DNA from: an uncultured bacterium
Lineage (GTDB): Bacteria; Babelota; Babeliae; Babelales; Babelaceae
DNA: 64,000 bases
Reading direction: 5' to 3'
Assembly (NCBI GenBank): GCA_963819815.1
Contig: CAWFXL010000001.1
Span: 160,001 to 224,000 of the forward strand
Shown piece after piece: positions 10,474 to 20,499 of the stretch. The notes under the pieces were generated by a model that worked only from the letters and a program-made list of their open reading frames with translations, did no database searches and was not told where the DNA came from. Position numbers and translations under genes: made by a program. How positions within the stretch are numbered: position 1 is the stretch's first letter; the number at the start of each line of letters is the position of its first letter.

Positions 10474-11559
10474 ATGACTGATAAAAAGAAGACAGTTGAT
10501 CAAACCAGCGAAAAGATGAAGGTTCTTGAGAGCGTTCTTGAGCAGATTGATAAGCAGTTCGGCAAAAATTCGATTATGTATCTTGGGCAGAATACAGCTA
10601 CTGTCTCAAACAATGATGTTATCTCTACCGGCTCAATCCTTATAGATAATGCTTTAGGCATCCGTGGCTTTCCTCGTGGTCGTATTGTTGAAATTTTTGG
10701 ACCAGAAGCGACCGGTAAAACAACCTTAGCACTTCAGGTATTAGCTCAAGCACAGTCTCAGGGTGGTGTGTGTGCCTTTATTGACGCTGAGCACTCCTTA
10801 GATCCTGCCTATGCGTCCAATCTGGGTATTAATACAAATGATCTATTGATCTCACAGCCAGATTATGGTGAGCAAGCTCTTGATATAGCTGAAATGCTTA
10901 TTCGCTCGGGTGCAGTAGACGTTATCGTCATTGACTCTGTTGCGGCTCTTGTTCCTAAAGCTGAGCTTGAAGGTGAAATGGGTGATGTACATATGGGCCT
11001 TCAGGCACGTCTTATGTCGCAAGCGCTGAGAAAACTTACTCCCGCTGTGCATAAATCGCGCACGGTACTCATATTTATTAACCAGGTACGTGCCAATATA
11101 AATTCTATGGCATTTGCAGAAAAAGAGGTTACCACCGGTGGTAAAGCCTTGAAATTTTATGCGTCATTTCGCTTAGATGTACGACGTATTCAGGCAATTA
11201 AAAATGGCGATGCCCATATAGGTAATCGCTTATCGATTAAAGTAGTAAAAAATAAATTAGCAGCTCCCTTTAAAAGGGCTGAAGTAGACCTTATATTTAG
11301 TGAAGGTATTTCTCCTGAACTAGATCTTATAGGTATAGCCCTTGAGCTTGGTGTTATTAAACAGTCTGGAGCATGGTTCTCCTATGGGACAGAACGGCTA
11401 AGCCAAGGTAAAGACCAGTTAAGAGTACTTTTGCGTGAGCATAAGGATGTAGCAGCAAAAATCCGTAAGCAGGTGCTTGAACTCATGGGGGTTAGAGTTG
11501 CAGGAGCTCGTGCAGTCGAAGCTGAAAAGAGCCCTAAGAAGCAGGTAAGTGCTGCTTGA
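10474..11559 (+). CDS. recA: Recombinase A
   Basis: '[16 protein letters not shown]', '[10 protein letters not shown]', '[12 protein letters not shown]', '[13 protein letters not shown]'. Confidence 0.99.
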   Translation: MTDKKKTVDQTSEKMKVLESVLEQIDKQFGKNSIMYLGQNTATVSNNDVISTGSILIDNALGIRGFPRGRIVEIFGPEATGKTTLALQVLAQAQSQGGVCAFIDAEHSLDPAYASNLGINTNDLLISQPDYGEQALDIAEMLIRSGAVDVIVIDSVAALVPKAELEGEMGDVHMGLQARLMSQALRKLTPAVHKSRTVLIFINQVRANINSMAFAEKEVTTGGKALKFYASFRLDVRRIQAIKNGDAHIGNRLSIKVVKNKLAAPFKRAEVDLIFSEGISPELDLIGIALELGVIKQSGAWFSYGTERLSQGKDQLRVLLREHKDVAAKIRKQVLELMGVRVAGARAVEAEKSPKKQVSAA

Positions 11560-11599
11560 AAATAGGTACGTAAGTGATAACGATGAGGGTATGTATAAT

Positions 11600-12148
11600 T
11601 TGAAACCAACAAAAAAAGAAGCGACCAACAGTCAGCCGATAAACGATAAGATTCGTTTTGATAAGATGCAGGTAATATCCCATGATGGTTCTAATCTGGG
11701 TATATTATCTCGAGATGAAGCATTACAATTAGCGCGGACATCGAATCTTGATTTAGTATTGTTAACGGCAGCTGGTGGTGATGGGATGCCCGTTACTAAG
11801 ATTATGGACTTTGGTAAAGCGCTCTATGCAAAGAAAAAGCAGGCAGGAGAGGCTAAAAAAAGCCAAAAGGTAATCCAGGTAAAAGAGATGAAGTTTCGTC
11901 CTAAGATCGGCGAACATGATTTTATGACCAAGATGAACCAAGCGATTGAGTTCCTTAACGAAGGAAAGCATGTGAAGGTTACGCTTATGTTTAGAGGTCG
12001 CGAGATTGGCATGAAAGAGGAACGGGGAAAAGAGCTTTTTGATAAAATTGCAGAAGCATTTGAAAAAGCTGGATTGACAAAGATTTTTGCAGAAAAAGAT
12101 TCGAAGATTGGACAGCTCTGGTCGCGTATCTACTATTTAAAGAAGTAA
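11600..12148 (+). CDS. infC: Translation initiation factor IF-3 (start uncertain: TTG 11600 or ATG 11591)
   Basis: 'INDKIR', 'KIMDFGK', 'KEMKFRPKIGEHD', 'MFRGRE'; precedes rpmI-rplT. Confidence 0.97.
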   Translation: MKPTKKEATNSQPINDKIRFDKMQVISHDGSNLGILSRDEALQLARTSNLDLVLLTAAGGDGMPVTKIMDFGKALYAKKKQAGEAKKSQKVIQVKEMKFRPKIGEHDFMTKMNQAIEFLNEGKHVKVTLMFRGREIGMKEERGKELFDKIAEAFEKAGLTKIFAEKDSKIGQLWSRIYYLKK

Positions 12149-12158
12149 GGAACTCAGT

Positions 12159-12353
12159 ATGTATAAAGTGAAGACCCATTCAGGGGCAAAAAAAAGATTC
12201 AAAAAGCTAAAGAGTGGTCTTATTAAGGCATATCATCCTTATAAGCGTCACTTGTTAACGAAGAAAACAACTAAGAGAAAGCGGAACTTAAGAAACACGA
12301 TGTATCTATCGCCTGCCGTAGTAGGGCATGTTTCACCGCTTTTACCGTATTAA
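12159..12353 (+). CDS. rpmI: 50S ribosomal protein L35
   Basis: 'KTHSGAKKRFK', 'HLLTKK'; synteny. Confidence 0.97.
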   Translation: MYKVKTHSGAKKRFKKLKSGLIKAYHPYKRHLLTKKTTKRKRNLRNTMYLSPAVVGHVSPLLPY

Positions 12354-12383
12354 TACCATTACAGTGATTGAAAGGATAGTACC

Positions 12384-12734
12384 ATGACGAGAATTAAACG
12401 TGGAACGGTTACTAAAAAGCGTCATAGTCGTTTATTAAAAAAGACCAAAGGATTCTGGGGACAACGCAGTAATGTTTTCCAGCGCGCTAAAGAAACATTA
12501 ATGCGTGCAATGGCCTTTGCGTTTACCGGTAGAAAGTTGCGCAAGCGCGATATGCGCTCGCTTTTTATTATGCGTATTAAAGCAGCAGCTGAACGTAATG
12601 GAACAAAGTATAATACTTTGATCCATGGTCTTCATAAGGCTGATATTCAGTTGAATCGGAAAATGCTGAGCCAGCTTGCTGTGTATGATCCTGAGATATT
12701 TGCAAAATTGGTAGCGATGGCGCAGGCAGCTTAG
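12384..12734 (+). CDS. rplT: 50S ribosomal protein L20
   Basis: 'MTRIKRG', 'RKLRKRDMRSLFI.RI', 'LNRKMLSQLAV'. Confidence 0.98.
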   Translation: MTRIKRGTVTKKRHSRLLKKTKGFWGQRSNVFQRAKETLMRAMAFAFTGRKLRKRDMRSLFIMRIKAAAERNGTKYNTLIHGLHKADIQLNRKMLSQLAVYDPEIFAKLVAMAQAA

Positions 12735-12794
12735 GTGAGCGCGCATAGCTAGGTAGTAGTAACGGAATATACGCAAAAGCGTAGATAAGGAATT

Positions 12795-13082
12795 GTGATG
12801 GAAACTGTACAGCCGCTTGAAAGATTACAAGCTCTTGAAAAGAGAATTGCTCATATTATCGACCTTCTTCATGCAGAGCGTGATCGCACTGCGATGTTAG
12901 TAGAAGAAAAAAATGCACTCCTTACGCGTATTGACGCTATGGAGTCTTCTCTTCTGAAGGAAACGAAAAGTATTGAAGATTTGTCACGAGAGCGTGTACT
13001 CACCAAACAGATGGTTGATGAGCTTATTCAGACGATTGATGAGCTTGTAGAGACTATTCCTCAGTCGGAGGCTTCCCTGTAG
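12795..13082 (+). CDS. Coiled-coil protein, ZapB-like
   Basis: Heptad coiled coil directly upstream of zapA. Confidence 0.55.
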   Translation: MMETVQPLERLQALEKRIAHIIDLLHAERDRTAMLVEEKNALLTRIDAMESSLLKETKSIEDLSRERVLTKQMVDELIQTIDELVETIPQSEASL

Positions 13083-13121
13083 GAAGAGCGGTTACCGATT
13101 CTTTGGAGCGTGGAGAGCACG

Positions 13122-13421
13122 ATGACAAAAGAACTAAAAAAATATAAAGTAACCATCGCTGGAGAGAGTTATTTCTTGGTGAGTGATGAAACTGAAGAGC
13201 AAGTCATGCGCGTAGCGAAGCATGTGAATGATCAAATGCGTACGATTGCTCAATCAGGACTTTCAGATGATCCACAAAGGCTTGCAGTACTCGTTGCTTT
13301 GCAAAGTACCAGTAAGATGATGGAACATGGAGAGCTTTTAAAGCATCATCAAGAAAGTACGGAAAGAATGATTGAACTTCTATCTGAGCAGGTTCCTCAG
13401 GAAAGTTCGGTAACTTCCTAG
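13122..13421 (+). CDS. zapA: Cell division protein ZapA
   Basis: 'KVTIAGESYFL', 'VAKHVNDQM', 'RLAVLVAL'; synteny with rny. Confidence 0.85.
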   Translation: MTKELKKYKVTIAGESYFLVSDETEEQVMRVAKHVNDQMRTIAQSGLSDDPQRLAVLVALQSTSKMMEHGELLKHHQESTERMIELLSEQVPQESSVTS

Positions 13422-13602
13422 TCTCGTTTCCTTCCGTTCTACGACATTTTCGCCACAGAGACATCTCTGTATGCGGGTAAAAAGGATGTGATAAACTTAA
13501 AAGATTTCCAATAGTATTATTAATGGGGGTCCTGGTAGTTTGTTACTCAGTATGATATACTGTAGAGTAAATTTTGATAGTTGATGGAAGTTAGGATAGA
13601 TC

Positions 13603-15162
13603 ATGACCGTATTAGTAACAGTTCTTATCGCCATAGCGGCACTAGTTGGCGTAATAATAGCATTAGTATATGCCTACCGCATGTATATACGAGCTCAGCA
13701 GATGCTGACCGAAGCACGCTCAAAGTGGGAAAGTGCCCGTAAAGGGATCGAAGCTGAAAAGCGTGAAGCGCTTATTCAATTGAAGGATGAGCTTTATAAA
13801 AAGCGTACCGAATTTGATTTGGATATGAAGCGTGAACGAGCAGAGCTTGAGCGGTTTCAGATAAAAATAAATGGTAAGTATGATGCAATCGAGAAAAAAG
13901 AGCAACGTCTCGAAGAATTAGCCAATGAGCTGCAGCAAAAGGAAAGAACTTTGTCTCGTGCTATCGATGCACAGCGGGCTCATGAGTTGAAGCTTAAAAA
14001 GGTTTACGATGATCTGACGAGTAAGTTAGAGTCGATGAGTGGCATGACTCGAGAACAGGCTCGTGCGGGGCTTCTTGAAACGCTTGAAGATGAAGTGATA
14101 CTTTCAAACCAAAAATATATCCAGAAGATTGAGGAAGAAGCTCGATCTATGGCTAAAGAGAAAGCACAAAACATTGTGGTTACTGCTATGCAGCGGTACA
14201 CTGCAGATCAGGTTGCTCCAAATTCATCAGGTGCGGTTCATTTACCAAATGATGAGATGAAGGGGCGCATTATCGGTAAAGAAGGGCGTAATATTAAAGC
14301 TCTAGAAATGGCGACTGGTATGGAGTTTGTTATCGGAGATACCCCAGAAATTATTACGATTTCTGGATTTAATCCGATTCGTCGTGAAGTAGCACGAAGA
14401 TCGTTAGAAAAATTAATTGCTGATGGTCGTATCAATCCAACTCGTATTGAAGAGACGGTGGTTCAATGTGAGGCTGAAATTGAAGAGATGATTCAAGAGT
14501 ATGGCAAAAATGCGATTCTTGAATTTAATTTGCAGGGTATTAAGCCTGAGATTGTCACGCTGCTTGGTAGATTACATTTTAGAACAAGCTTTTCACAAAA
14601 CGTCCTTGCTCATAGTATCGAAGTAGGGATATTTGCCCGTATGATTGCTGAAGAGCTAGGTCTTCCTAATCCTGATATTGCTTTGCGTGGTGGGTTACTG
14701 CATGATATTGGTAAGGCGGTTTCTGCTGAAGTTGAAGGGCCTCATGCACTCATTGGTGCTGATATAGCAAAACGATGTGGTGAAGATCCTATGATCGTTA
14801 ATGCTATTGCTGCGCATCATGAAGAAGTATCATTTGAATCGATTTATAGTCCTATTGTGATGATAGCTGATACGATTTCTGCTTCTCGACCAGGAGCACG
14901 ACGTGAAACATTATCTGCCTATATTAAACGTCTTGAAAAGCTTGAAGAGATAGCCTATGGCTTTGAAGGGGTTAAAAAGGCATATGCATTCCAGGCTGGC
15001 CGTGAAGTACGTGTCATTGTTGAGGAAGATTACTTGGATGATGAAAAAGCAGCTCAATTGGCACGCATGATTGCACGTAAGATCGAAAAAGATATGGCAT
15101 TCCCTGGACAAATTAAGGTAAATGTTATTCGTGAAAAACGTTCTATCGAATATGCAAAATAG
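13603..15162 (+). CDS. rny: Ribonuclease Y
   Basis: TM and coiled coil, KH domain 'KGRIIGKEGRNI', HD domain 'LLHDIGK', 'SASRPGAR'. Confidence 0.98.
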   Translation: MTVLVTVLIAIAALVGVIIALVYAYRMYIRAQQMLTEARSKWESARKGIEAEKREALIQLKDELYKKRTEFDLDMKRERAELERFQIKINGKYDAIEKKEQRLEELANELQQKERTLSRAIDAQRAHELKLKKVYDDLTSKLESMSGMTREQARAGLLETLEDEVILSNQKYIQKIEEEARSMAKEKAQNIVVTAMQRYTADQVAPNSSGAVHLPNDEMKGRIIGKEGRNIKALEMATGMEFVIGDTPEIITISGFNPIRREVARRSLEKLIADGRINPTRIEETVVQCEAEIEEMIQEYGKNAILEFNLQGIKPEIVTLLGRLHFRTSFSQNVLAHSIEVGIFARMIAEELGLPNPDIALRGGLLHDIGKAVSAEVEGPHALIGADIAKRCGEDPMIVNAIAAHHEEVSFESIYSPIVMIADTISASRPGARRETLSAYIKRLEKLEEIAYGFEGVKKAYAFQAGREVRVIVEEDYLDDEKAAQLARMIARKIEKDMAFPGQIKVNVIREKRSIEYAK

Positions 15163-15165
15163 ACG

Positions 15166-16007
15166 ATGAGTGTACTCAAGGTCCTCATGTTAGGGGATAT
15201 CTGTGCAGCTCCTGGAAGAGCGATCTTTCAGAAGCATTGTGCACAGTTAAAGCAGCAGTATGGAGCGGATGCGATTATAGTTAATGGAGAGAATAGCGCC
15301 TCCAATGGAAAAGGTATCACTTCACGTATCATGAAGTTTTTTAAACATCATGGCGTGAATGTCGTAACCTCCGGAAACCATATATGGGCCCAGAGAGAAA
15401 TCTACAGCTATCTTAAAGCCAATACTGATCTTCTTCGTCCGGCTAATTTCCCCTCAGAGTGTCCTGGGGTTGGTGTTACTACCTTCGAGGTCGGGGCTAT
15501 ACTGTAGGGGTGATTAACCTACAAGCACGTACCTTTATGCGAGAATTTGTATCGTGTCCTTTTAAAGCTGCTGAATCTCTTTTAACCTATCTTAAACCAC
15601 GCACTAATATTATTATTGTTGATTTTCATGGTGAAGCTACTTCCGAGAAGATGGGCCTAGCCTATTTTTTGGAGGGCAAAGTTTCTGCAGTAGTGGGTAC
15701 TCATACCCATGTTTTAACCCATGATGCACGTATATTGCCTGGTGGTACAGCCTATATTACCGATCTTGGTATGGCTGGAGCCTTAAATTCTATGATTGGC
15801 ATGAAAAAAGAGCCGATTATCACCCATATGATCACCCAATTGCCCATACGGTTTGAAGTAGAGACGACCGGTCCTATGATACTGAGTGGCGCGTGCATTT
15901 CTATCGATACAACTACTGGTAAAGCAGTAGGTATCGAGCCTGTCAAAGTTATCGATGAAGCGATTGTCCTTGAAGGACCTGACGAGTTCGACGAACGAAA
16001 ATACTAA
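15166..16007 (+). CDS. ymdB: YmdB/TIGR00282 metallophosphoesterase; frameshift at G-run near 15494
   Basis: 'GDI', 'NGEN', 'TSGNH', 'RPANFP' then 'DFHGEATSEK', 'GTHTH', 'TDLGMAG'; adding one G to GTCGGGGC joins the two ORFs. Confidence 0.92.
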
Positions 16008-16081
16008 ACTCTTGAGTTTTCCGTAAGAAATACTTTATACTTATTTAAATGGTAAATATTTCACAATGGAAAGGATATAGT

Positions 16082-16270
16082 ATGACAAGGTTTAGTAAAA
16101 AAGGTCAGAAAAAGATTGCCGAGGTTATGAAGGACTTAGAAGAGGGGACTCTTACACGTGGTCCCTTAGATACACCTGTTCATAGTCACAAGCGCGCTCT
16201 TAAGATAGCTGAAGATGAGGCGCGCCAGTTACATGTGGTAAAGAAAAAGCCTCATCGTAAGAAATCATAA
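16082..16270 (+). CDS. Small basic protein, DUF6496-like
   Basis: 'KKGQKKIAEVMKDLEEGTL', paralog of 17379-17558; AAAGGA RBS. Confidence 0.65.
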   Translation: MTRFSKKGQKKIAEVMKDLEEGTLTRGPLDTPVHSHKRALKIAEDEARQLHVVKKKPHRKKS

Positions 16271-16360
16271 GAAAATTGTGAACTCACACAAAAAGGCGCT
16301 ACTATGGCAAAGATAGTCAAAAGAAAATCGCCGGAATCATGAAAGCGAGCTTAAGAGTGG
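16181..16360 (+). repeat. Degenerate direct repeat, left copy (partner 17256-17458)
   Basis: Shared 'cttaagatagctgaagatgaggcgc', 'gtgaactca', 'atggcaaa', 'gcgagcttaagagtgg'. Confidence 0.9.
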
Positions 16361-16565
16361 TATGAGTCTATAATGAGATTTTTTCAGCATAGATTCATAC
16401 CTTTCTCTTCGTTATTACACGTCAATATGTGCGAGATGTGAATATGCATTATTCTGTGTGGGAGAAAAAATAAATTAAAAAAACATCTGACAGATTGAGT
16501 CGATAATGGCTACAATTACTAATATAGACGCCAAAATAGGCCTAATTTCTATGAAAGGATCAACG

Positions 16566-17123
16566 ATGAAGAAACTTACATTATTTGTCGGTGTATTTTT
16601 TGCACTGATATTCATGAGGATATATCCACTCCATATGGCTGTAGAGAGACGTGATATGATTCAGGTAGAGCAATATATTGCACATGGTGAGGATGTGAAT
16701 GCTCAAAATAAGGTCGGATCAAGGCCACTCAATTATGCCTTAACCGTTGAAACGGTAAAACGTCTTTTGGCTGCAGGGGCAGATCCCAATGGTCGCAATG
16801 CTGAAGGAGATACTCCTCTTTTTAACCTTTTTGGAGGTCCTACATGGAGAGCAGATCCTGCATGGACAGCTGAGTCTATAAAAGCGCTTGTGAATGCGGG
16901 AGCTAAAGTAGACGAACAGGGTCGTTATGGAGAAACTGCACTTTTTGCAGCGGTTGTTGGAGGTGATGAGGTAAAAGTAAACGAATTGCTCGCCTTCAAT
17001 GCTGATCCGACTATAAAAGATAAATGGGGCAGGACTCTGTTTGATGTGCTCGATGATTACAAAGCAAGAATTAAGGATGAGGGATTACGGCAGACTTTTG
17101 AGCGGATTGGGGAGGTCTCTTAG
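16566..17123 (+). CDS. Secreted ankyrin-repeat protein
   Basis: MKK-type signal peptide; 'PLHMAV', 'GADPNGRNAEGDTPLF', 'GETALFAAV'. Confidence 0.9.
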   Translation: MKKLTLFVGVFFALIFMRIYPLHMAVERRDMIQVEQYIAHGEDVNAQNKVGSRPLNYALTVETVKRLLAAGADPNGRNAEGDTPLFNLFGGPTWRADPAWTAESIKALVNAGAKVDEQGRYGETALFAAVVGGDEVKVNELLAFNADPTIKDKWGRTLFDVLDDYKARIKDEGLRQTFERIGEVS

Positions 17124-17214
17124 GCGAAGAGTTCACCCTCCGATGCAACCGGCGCCGCAGAAAGTTTTTACTACTGAAAGCAAAGATTAGTGTGAACAAT
17201 ATGTATATAACAAG

Positions 17215-17245
17215 AAAAGCCCTTGTTTACCGGGAGGGCTTTTTA
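17215..17245 (+). terminator. Intrinsic terminator
   Basis: AAAAGCCCTT..GAGGGCTTTTT hairpin with T-run. Confidence 0.65.
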
Positions 17246-17255
17246 TCTGAGATTC

Positions 17256-17458
17256 CATGTCATAAGCATGTTCTTAAGATAGCTGAAGATGAGGCGCTCC
17301 AGTTACAGGTGGAAAAGAAAAAGCCTTACCGTAAAAGATCATAGGAAAATAGTGAACTCATTAGAAAAAGGAGATATAATGGCAAAATATGGTAAAGACA
17401 GTCAAAATAAAATTGCTGAAGTCATGAAAAAATGGGAAAAAGGCGAGCTTAAGAGTGG
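17256..17458 (+). repeat. Degenerate direct repeat, right copy (partner 16181-16360)
   Basis: Same shared blocks as the left copy. Confidence 0.9.
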
Positions 17459-17558
17459 CAAATCAGAAAAACCGGTAACGAGCCAAAAGCAGGCAGTTGC
17501 TATAGGAATATCTGAAGCGCGCAAAGCAGGCGACAAAGTACCGCCCAAAAAGAAATAA
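17379..17558 (+). CDS. DUF6496-family small basic protein
   Basis: MAKYGKDSQNKIAEVMKKWEKGELKSGK...SQKQAVAIGISEARKAG; AAGGAG RBS. Confidence 0.8.
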   Translation: MAKYGKDSQNKIAEVMKKWEKGELKSGKSEKPVTSQKQAVAIGISEARKAGDKVPPKKK

Positions 17559-17609
17559 GAGCCTAAGATCGGTTCGACCATGAGCGAATCTTGAGCAAGT
17601 CATTATTAT

Positions 17610-17644
17610 GAAGAAGGAGCCTTTTTTAGGGCTTCTTCTTTTTT
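17610..17644 (+). terminator. Intrinsic terminator
   Basis: AAGAAGGAGCC / GGGCTTCTTCTT followed by T-run. Confidence 0.6.
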
Positions 17645-18004
17645 GATGTACCGAGAAAGTACCAGAGCAAAAAAACAATGATCCCCGTGTGGTACTCTTC
17701 TAGTTCTACCCTTCGAGTTGTATTGCCCGATAGATTCTTCCAAAGATACGATTGAATGAGTTCTCCTCTCAAGAGTGCATACGGAGTTCCTGATGGCCAA
17801 TTAATATCTTGAAATAGTCGTCTTCTTTTTTGTATATTGTTTTATAGGTGTGGATGCATTTTATAATCGATCATGGGGGGAAGACTACCACTAAATGGAA
17901 CTTTTTTTAAATCTTTATATCAATGTAGATTCTTGTTATTAAAATAACTTAAAAAGGGGCGCCAATCTTTCAAGATAAAAAAGATAGTTCGCCAAAAAGA
18001 AGGA

Positions 18005-18607
18005 ATGATTATGAATATTGCATCAAAAATTTTGACCGCCGGGCTACTCATAGTAGCATTGCCTATGGTTGCAGTTGATAGCTGTACCAATCGTAGCTGC
18101 AACAAGCCTGCTAGCTGTAATGATCGTAACAATGACCATAACTGTAATGACCGCTGTAAAGAACGCGATTGTATTGAACGTGACTGCATTGTAGGAGCAT
18201 ATACCGGTTTTCTGAGCGGTTCATTTTATACCCCCCACGATGCTATTGTTGCCCAGTTTAATCCAGGTGGTACTATGACTATTTCAGATGTTGGTAGCGT
18301 TCAACCAGCAACTCCAACTACAGAATTCGTGGGCACTTGGAGATGTGCAGGCAAGAATACCTATACATTTAAGGCCGTTGCTACAGGAGCCTTTATTACC
18401 TGTCCTGCGGGAGCTGTTTGTGGCTCTATAAATGATGTTCAATACTTAACCTTAACGGGCACCATTACCTTTGATACAGGATGTCAAAATGGCACAGGGA
18501 CAAATATTACCTTCACTGGGTGGACTGATTATACATTAACAACAATACGTGATGGTGGACCATTTGTGAACCAAATGATCACCTTACTACGCTATCCAAA
18601 CGCTTAA
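18005..18607 (+). CDS. Secreted hypothetical protein with Cys-rich N-terminal segment
   Basis: Signal peptide, C-x4-C spaced repeats, beta-rich C-terminus. Confidence 0.7.
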   Translation: MIMNIASKILTAGLLIVALPMVAVDSCTNRSCNKPASCNDRNNDHNCNDRCKERDCIERDCIVGAYTGFLSGSFYTPHDAIVAQFNPGGTMTISDVGSVQPATPTTEFVGTWRCAGKNTYTFKAVATGAFITCPAGAVCGSINDVQYLTLTGTITFDTGCQNGTGTNITFTGWTDYTLTTIRDGGPFVNQMITLLRYPNA

Positions 18608-18637
18608 ACTTTTAGGTTAGCATATTTTAAGTACATA

Positions 18638-18675
18638 AGAGTAGGTGGGAACGCTTTGACGTTCCCACCTACTCT
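18638..18675 (+). terminator. Perfect 16-bp stem-loop
   Basis: AGAGTAGGTGGGAACG-ctttga-CGTTCCCACCTACTCT. Confidence 0.7.
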
Positions 18676-18831
18676 CTAACAAATTATTTTATACGCTCCC
18701 TTATGACGCTTCTCCAATCATTAGCATAACCAATGCTTTCTGGTATCCTATGAGATGAATAGGTTTCTCGTTATAACCATTGCTCCTATGCCTTTCTTAT
18801 GTATTCTTGTATATGAGACTCAAAGGATGAG

Positions 18832-19725
18832 ATGTTCTTAATAGTGCTACTCTATATGCTGTGCGCAGGTACGTTCACGATCAGTAAATGGGGTCTTTCC
18901 TACACTGAGCCTATTTTTTTTGTAGCGGTACGTATGCTTCTTGCGGGAGCACTCCTCTGCGGCTATGTTGTTGCCCGCAGTGGCTATACTACTAAAAACA
19001 TGTGGCATTACCTCAAGAGAGACTGGTTGCTTTTTGCTCAGATCATTTTTTTTCATATCTATCTTACCTATATATGTGATCTATGTGCGCTTAAAAATAT
19101 CACGAGCATTGAATCGGCATTTATCTATAACCTCTCACCGTTTATTGCGGCATTATTATCCTACGTTTGGTTTGGAGAATACATGACCAAGAAAAAATGG
19201 CTAGGGTTACTTGTGGGGTTCTTCGCTTTTCTTCCGCAACTATTGCAAGCTGATGGGGGGAGCTTCTTCACACATGCCTGGCCTCGATTTCTTACCTTAA
19301 TCGCGGTTATCTCAAGTGCCTATGGTTGGATTGTTTTACGAGCGTTAGTAAAGAAGGGCTATTCTCCGATCGTTGCCAATGGAGTAGGAATGTTTTTCGG
19401 GGGGCTCTGTGCCTTGGGAACATCATTTATGACTGAATCGTGGAATCCTGTGGTTACAGAATGGGTTCCTTTCATGCAAGCAACAGTGTTAATTGTGGTA
19501 GTCGCTAATCTGCTCTTTTATAATCTATACGGCTATTTGCTTGAGCATTATACGGCGACACTGTTATCTTTTGCAGGCTTTATGTGCCCCTTGTTTGCAG
19601 CACTCCTTGGATATCTCTTCTTTGGGGAAACATTTTCTCCAAGTCTCTTCTTCTCATTTATCGTTGCCTGTATCGGTTTGGTCATTTTCTATCATGAAGA
19701 GTTAAAACAGGGCTATGTAACCTAG
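18832..19725 (+). CDS. DMT/EamA family transporter
   Basis: About 10 TM; 'PIFFVAVRMLLAG', 'LSPFIAALLSYVWFGE'. Confidence 0.88.
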   Translation: MFLIVLLYMLCAGTFTISKWGLSYTEPIFFVAVRMLLAGALLCGYVVARSGYTTKNMWHYLKRDWLLFAQIIFFHIYLTYICDLCALKNITSIESAFIYNLSPFIAALLSYVWFGEYMTKKKWLGLLVGFFAFLPQLLQADGGSFFTHAWPRFLTLIAVISSAYGWIVLRALVKKGYSPIVANGVGMFFGGLCALGTSFMTESWNPVVTEWVPFMQATVLIVVVANLLFYNLYGYLLEHYTATLLSFAGFMCPLFAALLGYLFFGETFSPSLFFSFIVACIGLVIFYHEELKQGYVT

Positions 19726-19742
19726 GACTACATACGGATGAG

Positions 19743-20357
19743 TTACACTGAACTTTTTGCTTTAGGCTCTTCCTTAGGAGGGAAAGCATTTGTAATGGCC
19801 TCAGATAAAAAGGATGCTAGCTCATTATAATGTGAGCGCACCTTAGCATAGTTCTCGATATCTTCTTGCCATTTCATTTTGAGTCGGTCAGTAACCATAG
19901 CACTTACCAAGTCGAGGTATTTAGATAGCATGTCTTGCATTTTACAGAACGTAATATAGGGATTAACTTTGCTTATTAAACAGCTGATAGCGGTGGCATT
20001 TTGTTTTAAGGTGGCAAGCTCGCTCTCCATTTTCTTAGCATCGTCTTTCTTTGCTGCATTGATGAAGTCTACTAAGTGCATTGCCTGAAACTTGAGAAGA
20101 TCGCTTAAGTCTTGTCCCATTTTTGTACCGTAATAGGGTTGCAGGGTGATGGTTCCGAGCTCTGCCTGCCGTGCAAGGAATATTTTTTCAGTTGCTTGGG
20201 TTGCTTGATCAGGAAGGTTATCAGATACTGCAAGCAGATATTCTCGTAGTAATAGGGGAATTTCATTCCACTGAGTGTGCAAAGGAACCTCATGTTTTCC
20301 CTGAAGGTCTAAGCAGAGCGTGCAGAGTAGTAGAAAGATGCTGAGTATGTGTTTCAT
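19743..20357 (-). CDS. Secreted helical conserved hypothetical protein
   Basis: Signal peptide; 'LQPYYG..G..L..LL', 'NATAIS..ISKVNPY' resemble an uncharacterised helical family. Confidence 0.55.
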   Translation of the reverse strand: MKHILSIFLLLCTLCLDLQGKHEVPLHTQWNEIPLLLREYLLAVSDNLPDQATQATEKIFLARQAELGTITLQPYYGTKMGQDLSDLLKFQAMHLVDFINAAKKDDAKKMESELATLKQNATAISCLISKVNPYITFCKMQDMLSKYLDLVSAMVTDRLKMKWQEDIENYAKVRSHYNELASFLSEAITNAFPPKEEPKAKSSV

Positions 20358-20499
20358 AGTGCCCCTTTAAAGAGTAAGCAGGTAGTTTTCATATCGTGCA
20401 GCGTAGCATACATTGGCTGGGCAAATCTAGGTTCTTCATAAGTTTGTGAGAAGAGACATACTTCTTTCTGCTAAACATCTAAAAAGATCAAAAAATAAC

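Noticed and set aside
15490..15500. Phase variation or programmed frameshift in ymdB
   Set aside because: G4 run is too short for phase variation; typical homopolymer error
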